Assembly: GCF_001447785.1 (NCBI RefSeq)
Contig: NW_015165855.1
Span: 492,338-556,337, forward strand
Length of the DNA: 64,000 nt
Source: Gekko japonicus
Taxonomy: Eukaryota
Reading direction: 5' to 3'
Below, piece by piece: positions 25,481 to 37,125 of this stretch. The stretch's first letter is position 1. Every line of letters begins with the position of its first letter. The position numbers and the translations under genes are program-made. The notes below the pieces were generated by a model. That model saw only the letters and a list, made by a program, of their open reading frames with translations. It was not told where the DNA came from and did not search any database.

Positions 25481-25520
25481 GGTCAACAGTGACACACTGA
25501 GGCTTAGAGAGCGAACTGCA
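25481..25520 (-). promoter_or_regulatory. CSE of unit 4, CACT variant
   Basis: TGCAGTTCGCTCTCTAAGCCTCAGTGTGTCACTGTTGACC. The CGCT box reads CACT. Confidence 0.78.
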
Positions 25521-25774
25521 TGGGATTCTTTTCACCCCATTTAGAATGGAAAGGCAATTTAGAAGTGATCCTCCTCTGATGAGCCAGGGGGAAAAAAAAC
25601 ACTTTGAAAGATCATGTTCCAATCTGAGTGAAATACCTAGGAAGGTTTTCCTTCATTCTTTGGAATTATTTAATTACTTTTAGTTTTTTTAATCCCGAGG
25701 TAAGTAATTTTCAGAGTAACCACACTGGAACTGCTGAGTTCAGTTTAAAGAGAGCTGGTAGCCTGCCCTCCTGA

Positions 25775-26010
25775 AGTTGTGATCCCAAGACTGTCATCTC
25801 ATTATCTAGTTCAAGTTTCTCTGGATGGGTCAGAGGAGAATTTGTGTTAATATTTGTGATTTCCACTGGGTCCACAGAAAGGTTCAATATTTTCTCATTC
25901 ATAAACTTTACATCCATCAGATGCTGCCCACTCAGAGTATCCATGATTTATGCCAAATGTAGCAATCTTCCATCTCCTTCTCTTCGGATCTTCCATAACT
26001 TCTTATGCAA
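25775..26010 (-). pseudogene. Highly decayed protocadherin relic (EC1/EC2 junction)
   Basis: Translation KILNLSVDPVEITNINTNSPLTHPEKLELDNEMTVLGSQ aligns with VEITDINDNAPRFHSEKMKLKISESTPTGS of unit 7. Boundaries approximate. Confidence 0.65.
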
Positions 26011-26499
26011 AACTATCATTTTCCAAGCTGCCCCGCCCAGAAGAGGCAGCCTATAGAGTGGGGAGAGGAAAATTGCAATGTGAGAATGTCACAGTCTGTA
26101 TTGCTTTTCACTGGTCAGTACTAGTGAGAGAACTGAGGGCAAAAAACTGCTGGCTACCCAGTTCAGAGTTGAGGGCCCAAGCAACACCCATTTGATGGCA
26201 GCTTAATGTGGTACCGTATGAGCATGTGGTTGGTTGGTTGCGTATACCATGTGGCTGCTGCTGTGTGGCAATCCGAGGGGCAGCAGGTGTTGCTTGACGT
26301 CAATGGGGCAGAGTGTGGCTGTTCTGCACCATGCAGATGTTAACCATTCTGCAGTCACTTCATTGGCTACCCATCAGCTACTGAGCTCAATTCAACATAC
26401 TGGCTATCACAAACAAAGTCCATCAAGGCCCTGGACCCTCATATCTGCAAGACCACTTCTCTTTTTTGGGGGTATTTTTTGTATTTCTCATAAGTGCAT

Positions 26500-26759
26500 G
26501 TGTGTGCGCACGTGTGTGAGTGTGTGTGCACCTGAAAGTCATGGTGACTTCTGATAACTGACTGTGTGCACCTCTGGTGACTGACCCCTACTGGGGGCCT
26601 GGAGGATATTCAGAGAAGTGGCTGAATAAAGCCTGCCCCCACTTCCCGTCTCTGGTATTCCAAGGAGGTCCCCCTATCTGAGTACTTGCCAGAGTCAACC
26701 CTGCTTAGCTTTCAAGATCTGATGAGACTGGGCTTGCCTGGGCTATCCAGGTCAGGGCT
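26500..26759 (-). mobile_element. 5S rRNA-derived SINE
   Basis: Minus strand TCTCATCAGATCTTGAAAGCTAAGCAGGGT...AGTACT...ACCTCCTTGGAATACC, with a (CA)n tail. Confidence 0.75.
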
Positions 26760-29590
26760 ATGTCCTACTAGGACAACTCCACGCATCTGAGCAGGGCATT
26801 CTGCAGGTGCCACCTTGCAATTGGGCGAGATCAACAACTGCCTGTAAATGCACGTTGTGGAATGGCCTACCTGAGGAGGTCCGGAAGGCTCCCACACTTC
26901 AGGCATTTCCCAAACTATGTAAAACATAATTTTTATGAAGGAAAATAAAGGGGAAAAAATTATAAAGGAAATAGGACTACATAGTAACAGGCAGGTCCAG
27001 AAAAGGCATGGGGGTTTACTTATTTAATACCATGTTTTGTACTGTTTAACATGTCATATTTAATACTTATGCTTTGTTGAGACAACAGTTTTGTTGCAAT
27101 TTTCTGAAATTCTAGTCTTCATTGCTTATTTACACGTATAATCCTACGTTGCATTGACTTACATTGTGTAACCGCCTCAAGTCTCAGCGAGAAAGGTGGA
27201 GTATAAACAGACAGACAAACAAACATTATGTGGGTTTTGGATAGCAGGAGGAACTGACCTGGAATGATGGCATTACCAGCGTGTAGATGGGTATTCATGA
27301 GCCCTGCACCTGAACTACAAAGTCCTACTTGTCCCTTACTTCTGCCGCCGCCAAAACAATACCTGCTAGAAGCTGGTTCCCATCTCCCCTATGATTGCTT
27401 CTCAGAACCTGGGGCCCGATGCACGCAAAATATGAGTTCTGCTACTGAGTTCATCCCTTAAACTTCATATAAGAGATGCATGACCTCACAGTCTTATCCA
27501 TATCATATCATTTTTGTCAGATATTTATCCTATCCTTCCTCTAAGGAATGCAAGGCAGGGGCTATATTATTTTATCCTCAAAACAACCCCGTCACTTATA
27601 CTAGGCCAAGAGATGCCCAGTGACTTTTGTTGCTATGTGTGGATTTGAATGCAGATTTCCTTGGCCCAACATTAAATCACCATGTTAAAGAAAATACGTC
27701 ATATAAGCCTTTTTATATTTGACATGTATGTGTCAGCAACTTGCATGGGGACTGGCACATAGTATATGCCTATGTTGATCTGTATAAGTAGGGGATGGGA
27801 CCTTCCTACAATCCTGCTTCCTATGTGCGTTCTCTCTACACACCTTCCATAGCCAATTCCTCTACCTAATATAACTATAAAATATACAAACCGCAGTGAA
27901 GTGAGAATGTAGCTAGAATATGACAGAACTCCTGCTCCACGCATGTATAACCATTACGTAATGCATGAAGATCTGAATGTGTGAATGGGCAATCACAGAT
28001 ATAATGCTGTAGAGAGAACTTTCACCGCAAATGAAACATAAATTCTTCCCAGTCGAGTGAGTTCACACATTCAGCTGCCAAGTCATCAAAGGTTGGTTAC
28101 CACAGGGCTTTTTTTTTAAAAGAGGCGTGGGAACTCTCAAGAGGGAAATGAAGTTTTCAGTCTGTATACTGAAAGTTCATGAACTTTTAAACATTTTAAA
28201 AAGAATTTTGTCAAAGAGGTTCTGGAACTCCAGAGCTCTGTTCTGATGTGTTCCTCCAGAAGAAAGCCCTTACCACAGTACTAAAGAGATGTGTATGTGT
28301 GAACATGCCCCTATAGATTCTACATCCACAGTGTGAAAGTATATACTTCCCTGTATTTACAGAAGCTTACATGACTGTTGATATATAGCTGATCAATGTC
28401 ATTTGTCCTAGGAGAAGGAAGTTATGATGGACTGCACAGAAAGGCAGGCTTTTTAAAATGGTGCTTGTGTTAGAGAGGCAGGGAGTTCATGAGTTAATCT
28501 TCCCTGGAGAGAAGAGATTATATGATTGGCTGCTCTACTCACTCACTGATTGGTCAACATCAGCTGAGAGAGGAAATAAAATAGCTGATCTGGAGGTAAA
28601 AAATAAGTCTTTTGACTTTTGGGGTTTGTCTGAAAACTAATCTCTGGATCAATAGCCAGAGGTTTGGCTCCTAAGAGAAGAGACATTTTTTTTTTTTAAG
28701 AGAAGAGACATTTGGGAGTCAGTGTTTTCTGATAGACAATAGTCAGAAAAGTACTTCTACAGAGAGAAGAGACACCCCATTGTCTTAAATATATTAAAAC
28801 TGCTCTGAGGGAGAATTTAGATTCTCAGTAAGGAAAGCTACAAGACAGCCTTATACAGACAAAGGATACTGGAGAAGGGTTTGGCAGAAGGTCTGGGTAG
28901 TTACAGTGAACTCTCATACAAGCCAAATAGTAAAAGGAGTTATTGCTTCTTAGGGACTAGGAGAATAACTTCCTGCCACTGAAAGGGGTTGGGAAGAGAA
29001 CCCTGGTCTGTGATAAAGGGGAGAAACTTAGACACCTCAGGAGTTAGTGAAAAGCTGTAATATCTAAAGGAAAACCTAGAACTCTGAAGGGAGAAACCTA
29101 GAAACATTAATAAGAACTGTGTTAGTGCTGAAATATAAAGTACCTCTCAAAGAAAGAACTAGAAAACCTTGAAACAAAACTACAAATATATGTTTGTGAA
29201 TGTTCTAAGAATTCAGCTCTGTATATATTAGAAAGTTTTTACCTCAGCAATCTCAAAACCTTGACTACCCCTATTATACCTATGTTCCCTGCTTGTTTAA
29301 TAAAATGTTTGTTCTATTTTTGAAAGTTAATTTGCCTCGAGGGCCATTTCACACCTGTCTTTCCCTCAATTTCCTGTATTGGGTCTAAAGCCTAAACCAA
29401 TATCTAAACAAAGTTTCAAGTTTATATTAACAGAAAAGATATACACGCTACTGTAGGGCAACTCAGTCACTGAGGGGAACTGAAGTTTTTTGGGGGGAAA
29501 TCTGCCAGACAGTTGGGGAGATACAAGAGCCTGTCATAGAAGTTCTTTTGATTCATTGTGTTAAAGGTTCATACTTATCTTGCCTTGAAA

Positions 29591-29925
29591 GAGCCAGTTT
29601 GGTGTAGTGGTTAAGTGCGTGGACTCTAATCTGGGAGAACCGGGCCAGTTTGGTGTAGGGGTTAAGTGCACGGACTCTAATCTGGGAGAACTGGGTTTGA
29701 TTCCCCACTCCTCCACTTGCACCTGCTGGATGACCTTGGGCAAGCCATAGTTCTGGCACAGCTGTTCTTGAAAAAGAGCAGTTTCTGTCAGAGCTCTCTC
29801 AGCCCCACCTACCTCACAGGGTGTCTGTTGTGGGGAGGGGAAGGGGAAGGAGTTTGTAAGCTGCTCTGAGACTCCTTTGGGTAGTGAAGGGCGAGGTATA
29901 AATCCAATTTCTTCTTCTTCTCTTC
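29591..29925 (+). mobile_element. tRNA-derived SINE, Squam3-like, with a duplicated head of about 52 bp
   Basis: Matches the 19731 copy. The GCCAGTTTGGTGTAG...CTGGGAGAAC head occurs twice. Confidence 0.75.
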
Positions 29926-30668
29926 TACTTCCTCCGCTATATTACTCCTAAATCAAGATGTGACTAGATTTCAAATTCCTTCTGTTGTAACTCAAAAATC
30001 CCCACTTTGATTTGGTTTTCCACTTGTGTGACTTGCTCTGTTTCCTGTTTCCTCATATTGAAAATTTCCCATTAAATAAAATGCAATTTTAACATTATGC
30101 TGGTGCTATTTTTAGTGTATAAATGACATACAGTATATAAATTGGCCTATAATTGGAGTACACATACACAGAATAAAATGACATAAAAGAAACAAGCAAA
30201 ATCAGAAACACCATCAAAGAATATGAGCAACATGGAATGGCTCACAAAGATAACATCTGAAAAAAGAAATAAAAAGGGCGCATTTGAACATCACATATTT
30301 GTACTCCTGAAATGCTTCATGGTTTATAAAACATTAGGTTGTCTCACTATCCCCCCAATAAATGTATTTTCACTACTTCTGTACATAACTAACTGATCAT
30401 GAAAACGCCAGCAATAAAGTCTCATTCCCCTTTAAATTAATGATATTTCGGCTCGTCCGACCACACTAAACAACAATGGAAGGTTTTCCCTGGCCATGCT
30501 TGCAATTATATTCCATCATTTCACTCCCTTCCAGAAACTGATTTTTTTTTACATCAAGTGTTTATCATAATGTCAACACTAACCTTTCATAAATTTTATG
30601 GTTTCATGCAATCTAAGAAATATCTAAAGAAATGCTGGGACTAGTTTGCCTGCCTCCATTGCTCCATT

Positions 30669-31015
30669 GAGCTGCGGTGGTTCAAGTGGTTAAGATGCTG
30701 AACTGCAGGCTGTGGAAGGTTGGTAGTTCAGCAGTTCAAGACCCGGGTGCTGTATGATGGAGCAAGCTGCCGTCTCTAGTTCCAGCTCCTGCCAACCTAG
30801 GAGTTCGAAATCAAGAAATTGCAAGTAGATAAATAGGTACCACTTCAGTGGGAAGGTAACAGCGTTCCGTGCGCCTTGGCGTTTAGTCATGCCGGCCACA
30901 TGACCGACGGAAATGTCTTCGGACAGCGCTGGCTCTTCGGCTTTGAAACGGAGATGAGCACTGCAACCCTAGAGTCGGATTCAACTGGCTTTTGAGCAAG
31001 GGAACCTTTACCTTT
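30669..31015 (+). mobile_element. Sauria-type SINE, full length
   Basis: tRNA-like head (A box TGGTTCAAGTGG, B box GTTCAAGACC) and (ACCTTT)n tail. Confidence 0.87.
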
Positions 31016-31811
31016 ATTGCTCTACCAGCACTGCTATGTGCTCTGTAGAAGGGCCCCAGTACTTGTAAGTTTTCTTTTAAAAGTCAAAGAGCAGCTGTGT
31101 GTGTGATCTGCATAATTTTAAATATCCTCTTCCACAGCCTCTGGCCTGGTCTGCACCATCCCCCCCTCCAAAGTTTTTTAATAAACTACAGACGATCCCA
31201 GTCATGGGATCTCCCAGGTTATACCTAGGTTGGCAAAAGAACAATGTTTACAGAAGGCAAGAAAGAAACTATTAATGTATATATCAGCAAACTATTAGGC
31301 ATAAATCATAATATTTCACTTCTTGCCAAAGAAAAATAGGTAAACCATTGCCCAAGCTCTTTCTTTCTTTGTTCTCTTTAGCAACGACTTTTCAAGCCAT
31401 AGAAAGAGAGTGCATGGTAGAAAAAAAGACTTGGAGTTCCACTTCCGCAAGATCTTATGCAACACTTAGCGCGTTCCTTCCTAAATATTATAGCACCCAG
31501 AAACTAGCCGCACAAAGTTTTGCATAAGTGGAAATGGAAATAGGGATATAATCAGTTTGACTTAAAGGAAGCAGCTACAGCCCTCTCCTCTTGCACTTCT
31601 GTTCACGGAAGAACTCTAGTTCTTGACTGGATTCAACTTATTGGGTGCTAAATGTATGGCAAGGAAATCCAAGGACATTAAAAACTCTGCAGGAGATGAA
31701 TTACCTTCCATTTCCACTCTCAAAAACATTATTTCAAAACAAATATATAGATTATATGAATAGCAATGCGGAAGTTATTTCAAAACCCCAGCTTTGACAT
31801 GGATAGCTCAC

Positions 31812-34270
31812 CTGCATTGTGGCAGAGTCACTATTACTGCTGGCTATATCTTCAGCCGTAAGGAAGGGATCCTTCATCTCACAAGGCTGTTGACTGGGCA
31901 GAATATTTGAGGAGTTACACAAGGCTGTTGACTGGGCAGAGTATTTGAGGAGTTACCCTTTGGAAAGCCAAAATTTCTCTTCCGAGAGTCCGTGGTGAGA
32001 GAGAAGTCATGACAGTAGGAGTGAAGAAAAGCTTGGACTCCATCAATCCCCATAAACTGTGAAACTGGAACTCCAGTAAAAGTCACACTACCAGAATCAC
32101 ATAACTGAGAATTCCTCCATCTGTGAAGTCTGAGTGCCAGCAACACAAGGAGGAAGGTGAAAAACAAGCAGGAGACAAAAGCCACAGCAACCACCAGGTA
32201 GAAGGTGAGGTCCGACTGGGGGTCTGCAGGAGCTGAGATGCTGCTAATATCAGAGAGGCTTTCAGGGATGCTGTCGGCCAGCACCACAGTGACCGTGACT
32301 GAGGCAGAAAGAGGGGGTTGCCCATTGTCCTTCACTAAAACCACCAGGCTTTGCCTGAGAGCATCCTTGTCCAGAAAGAAGCGGGCTGTCCTGATCTCTC
32401 CAGTGTGGAGTCCTATGGAGAACAGCCCTGGCTCTGTGGCCTTGAGTAGCTGATAGGAGAGCCAGGCATTCTGGCCAGAGTCTGCATCCACTGCCACCAC
32501 CTTTGTGACTAGATATCCAGGCTCTGAGGAGTGAGGGGCCAACTCTACTCCAGTGGAGCCATCGGTGGGGACAGAAGGGTATAAGATTTGGGGGGCATTG
32601 TCATTCTGATCCAAGATGAAGAGAGTCACTGAGACTTTGGTGCTGAGTGAAGGGGATCCTCCATCTTGGGCCTTGACCAGGAAGCCAATCTGCTGGAACT
32701 CTTCATAATCAAAGGAACGCAGGGCATAAATAACACCAGTCTCAGAGTTAACTGAAAGGCATGAGGAGAGCTGGGAGTCCTTGACACCTTCTTCAACAAT
32801 GGAGTATGTTATTCTGGAGTTCTCCCCCCAATCTGGATCATCTGCCTTCAGGGAAAATATGGAGGCCCCTCTTGGATTATTCTCCATTATATAAGAAGTA
32901 TAAACAGTTTCTGGGAAGAAGGGAGGGTTGTCGTTGGTATCTAAGATCCTGAGGGGAATGGTAATAGATGCAGAAAGTGGAGGCGTGCCATGGTCCATCG
33001 CTGTGACCGTGATGTTATAGATGGCTACCTGTTCCCTATCCAGGGTTTTGGAGGTAACCAAACTATAGTACTTATCATAAGATTTTGTCAGTAGGAAGGG
33101 GAGGTTGTCTGGAACAGAGCAAGTGACTTCTGCATTCTCTGCTGAATCTTTGTCTTGAACCTTTAAAAGAGCTACTGAAGTCCCTGCTGGAGAATCTTCA
33201 GGGACAGAGTTGATGACAGACGTTATTGCTAGTTCTGGTGCATTATCATTTACATCAGTAATAATTATCATGAGGGTTGCGCTGTCCAACAGTCCTCCGC
33301 CATCTTGGACTTGGACCTCCATTTCATGAAATGGAGTCTCTTCAAAGTCCACATTCCCAACAAGAGTTATTTCACCTGAGTTTGAATCTAAATGGAATAT
33401 TTGGGAAGCTATTGATGAGATTTTTCGTAATGAATATTTTATTTCTTTGTTCGTTCCTTGATCCCTGTCACTAGCTGTTAATGCAACCACCATGGTACTG
33501 ACAGGAGTATCTTCCTTAATATTCACTTTATAGACACGCTGGCTAAAAATAGGTGCATTGTCATTAGCATCCAGAACTACCACATGAATCTTTGCAGTGC
33601 CACTTCTGACAGGATCTCCCCCATCATGTGCCATGAGAACAAGGTTGTGATCGGCTTGATCCTCTCGGTCCAAAGGCCTCTCTAGCACTAGTTCTGTATA
33701 GTGTCTGCCTTCTACAGCTCTTTGCACACTGAGAGAAAAATAAGAATTGCTACTGAGTTTGTAGCCCTGTAGGGAATTGTTCCCAAAATCAGGATCTTGA
33801 GCTTCGTAGAGGGGAAATCGGGACCCCAGTGCTGTGTTCTCACTAATATTAATAATTAGTGTTTCTAACTGGAAAGTGGGGGCATGGTCATTAATATCCA
33901 TGATTTCCACTTCAACTCCATAGACTTTCATGGAATCCCCAACAATAACCTCAGCATTCAAGATGCATGTCTCCTGCCAACCACAGATCTCTTCCCTGTC
34001 TATTCTCTTTGTGGTGTACAAATAGCCATTCTTATAATTCAAAGCAAAATACTCACTCCTTCCTTGGGACACAAGGTGGATCCCACGGTCTGAAAGGTCT
34101 TTTGCATCCAGTCCCAGATCCTTTGCAATGTTCCCCACCAAAGAGCCTTTCTCGGTTTCCTCAGGAATGGAGTAATGAATCTGTCTGGAAATGGCTCTGC
34201 AGATGGAAGCAAATAGCATGCAAAATACAGCTCCTCTTTTGCAATCCTTCAGGCATTTTGCTATTGGCAT
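31812..34270 (-). pseudogene. Pcdh gamma-A-like variable exon (unit 5) with a 38-bp tandem duplication that frameshifts the end of the VCD
   Basis: Ectodomain and TM are intact. 31880-31917 duplicates 31918-31955, giving TGA at 31874-31876 before donor CAG|GTGAGC (31812). Removing 38 nt restores 2421 nt (807 codons). An alternative in-frame ATG lies at 34300. May still encode a truncated protein. Confidence 0.8.
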
Positions 34271-34468
34271 TCTTGGCTGTAGGAGAAGTCCCTCTGGCAT
34301 TTTGTATTTCAGGGATGACTGAATCTGCCCAGAAAGTGCAAATATCCTCTTGCAACTGAGATTTGGTCTTCTGTTTCAGATTCTCTGTGCAGCGATGTTC
34401 TGCCTGGGTCTGATCTCTCTGCTTTTTCAGCTCTGAAGCAGCTGATCTGGGATTGTTCAGCCTTGGTT

Positions 34469-34507
34469 GGTCAACAGCGACACTCAGAGTCTCAGCTAGT
34501 AATTGCA
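34469..34507 (-). promoter_or_regulatory. CSE/CTCF site of unit 5
   Basis: TGCAATTACTAGCTGAGACTCTGAGTGTCGCTGTTGACC. Confidence 0.87.
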
Positions 34508-35821
34508 CACATCCCGAGTTTTTTTAACATAAAACATAAAATTCTCATCTATGTGACTGTCAAGACATTGTTTAAATATTACTGTGCACAAACCTAACAA
34601 CCATTTAATATATGCCCCTCTATATAGGTGACCTGTGGTCAGGGAACAATGCTTTCACTGATATCCTCCACACTTTAGTGAGTGCTATGTCACTGTTACG
34701 TATTTAAATACAACATCTAGCCATTTTTATCTTCATATTCTCATATTCTCATCAACCCATTAAATGTAAATGTGGATTCTAACAAAGCTGATTCTTCTTT
34801 CCAGAGTAGTATTTCTCTAGATCACAGTGAACTTTAAATATAGATGGAAATGGGAATGAGAAGCTGTATAGGTAGTGTACATGTGACAATATTCCTATGC
34901 AAAAGTCATGAAAGCATAATAACAATGTTTTTAGTATTTAAGCAGCAATACATGTTATTTTGTCTTAATCTACGCAACAACCCTGCAAGGAACCTGAATC
35001 TTAGTATCCCCTCATTGCAGAGTTGCTTGCTGGAGGCCACCTACAGAGTTTGTTGCAGAGATGAGCTTTGACTCTTGGACCTCCTGACCTGTATTTCAGT
35101 CTCTTAGCCATGGCACTACACTAATGAAGTTTTATTGATACACATGGAATATTATGCATGCCATCTATTGTACTGAAATGTCCTTTATACATATGATACA
35201 TGAAATAGATAATTGCTGTTCACTACCAAGTGTTGGGAATGTCTGTACAAGGAGATATATCGCTTCTAGAAGATACTCCTCTTCTTCAAAAGCATCAGAA
35301 TCTACACAACCTAAATTTATCAGGAAAGCCATCCTTGTCTACCCCACAGTCCCCCAAACAGAAATGTGAGTTCAAAACCAGAAACTTTTCTCCCTAGTTA
35401 GGTTAATTCATAATCCACTCTAAAGTATGTGAAATTTAAATGTAGGAATTGGCATTTTTGATAAAAATCACCCGGAGGTTTCCCAGGTTGCGTACTATTG
35501 AACTGCATTCTGGATATTAGTGAAAAGTAGTTGATAATTTCAGTACAGTCACAAAATAAATGGTTTTATATGATCTCAATAAATGTAATTCATGGTGCAG
35601 CTAGGAACCTACCCACAGGCAACAAGGGGCTTCCCTTTGATTCTGTTCTGCCTTTGTGCAGATGCAAAACAATTTGAATGCTGTTTGCAAACAAATAATC
35701 AAGACAGCAAAATGAGATGTTTACCTCAACACAGAACAGGCATTGCCTACAGGGAAATTTTGAATGTCAACTACATTTTTGTGCGATTCTCAGCGTCCTA
35801 TTTGAGTGATTTCAATGCATC

Positions 35822-36160
35822 CAGGGCTATTTTTGGACAGGAACACACAGGAACAGAGTTCCGGCTGGCTTCAGAGCTGGCCACGCCCACTACAGTCAAA
35901 ACCTCTGCGTGCGTGGCTACAGAGGGAAGGCCTGGAGAGCGCCCCCCCCCCACGACTCCGAGGCGGGNNNNNNNNNNNNNNNNNNNNNNNNNNNNNNNNN
36001 NNNNNNNNNNNNNNNCCCCCCCGTTTCCTCCCCCGGCCTGCCAAGGGCCCGAAAAGCCAAGCGAAGGCATGGGGGTGTGGCCTAATAGGCTAATGAGTTT
36101 CTGCTGTTGAGTGTGGCCTGTTATGCTAATAAGTTCCTGCTGGGCTTTTTCTACAAAAAA
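35822..36160. mobile_element. hAT-type MITE spanning an assembly gap (N run 35968-36015)
   Basis: CAGGGCTATTTTT end, an inverted relative of 42148-42535. Confidence 0.7.
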
Positions 36161-37125
36161 ACACACATCTAACACAACTCCAATCATGTCCCATTCACTG
36201 AATCACATGCAAGAGATCTGATCCGGGTTGATTATATTTGGTCCTTCATAAGACTTTTTCAGGGCATTCTGGAATTTGATGCACTTCTCCATAAGATGAT
36301 TTTCACACTGTTTGCGAGGTAGTATTTAAATTTTGCAGTGGACTGAATCATGCACTCCAGACATCATCTAGATACCCAAAGGCCTAGATGTAGAGTGGTT
36401 TATAGTCAACAGCTTTATATAACTTTATGGAAGGCATAAAATCACCAAACCACTCTTTGGATGAGTTGGATTCAAGCTCCTGGGCTTGCATGTTTAGCAT
36501 GCATATCTAACTTCAGTGAAAACTGTACGGTAAGTGAGCAACATAAAACAAATGTAAATACAGTGTTATAAGTTTGGGTCTCTTGAATATTGTGCATGGA
36601 TCCAGTTTTGCCGACCAAGAAACTGAAGGGTAATCAAAAAAGGAACCTGTCAGTGTTTTATTACATGCAATTTCTCACAATAACATCTATCAAAGTTTGG
36701 GGGTAACCACTCTGCTAATGTATCTTTCATTCTGCTGGTCCACGATCATAATACATTTATGGACTGATTGACTTCTTCAGAAACCCATGCTTCTACTGGG
36801 TCCTGTTTGTAAAAATGTAAATAAAGAGATATGACAAAGATACACAGGTGTCCAGTAGTTTCTTATCCCATACGTCACCTATGAAACTTTTCACTAGCGG
36901 GGGAGATGCAAGGGGGTAGCAGTAGAGGTTTTTTTTTTAAAATATAATTTTATTTACCCAGTAGTTATCTCTGGAAGGGTAGTCAGAAAAAAATGCAGAA
37001 AGAAGATACTAATCTCCCTCCCAAAAGACCCCTATCGTAATTCACAAAAACAAACATTACAATGCAAGAAATGACAAAAAATGCTGGTGTGCACAATGCA
37101 AATAATTGCACAAGGCAATTCTTAC

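Noticed and set aside
35592-36187. 172-aa and 129-aa ORFs
   Set aside because: They run through an N gap and a MITE, so they are artefactual
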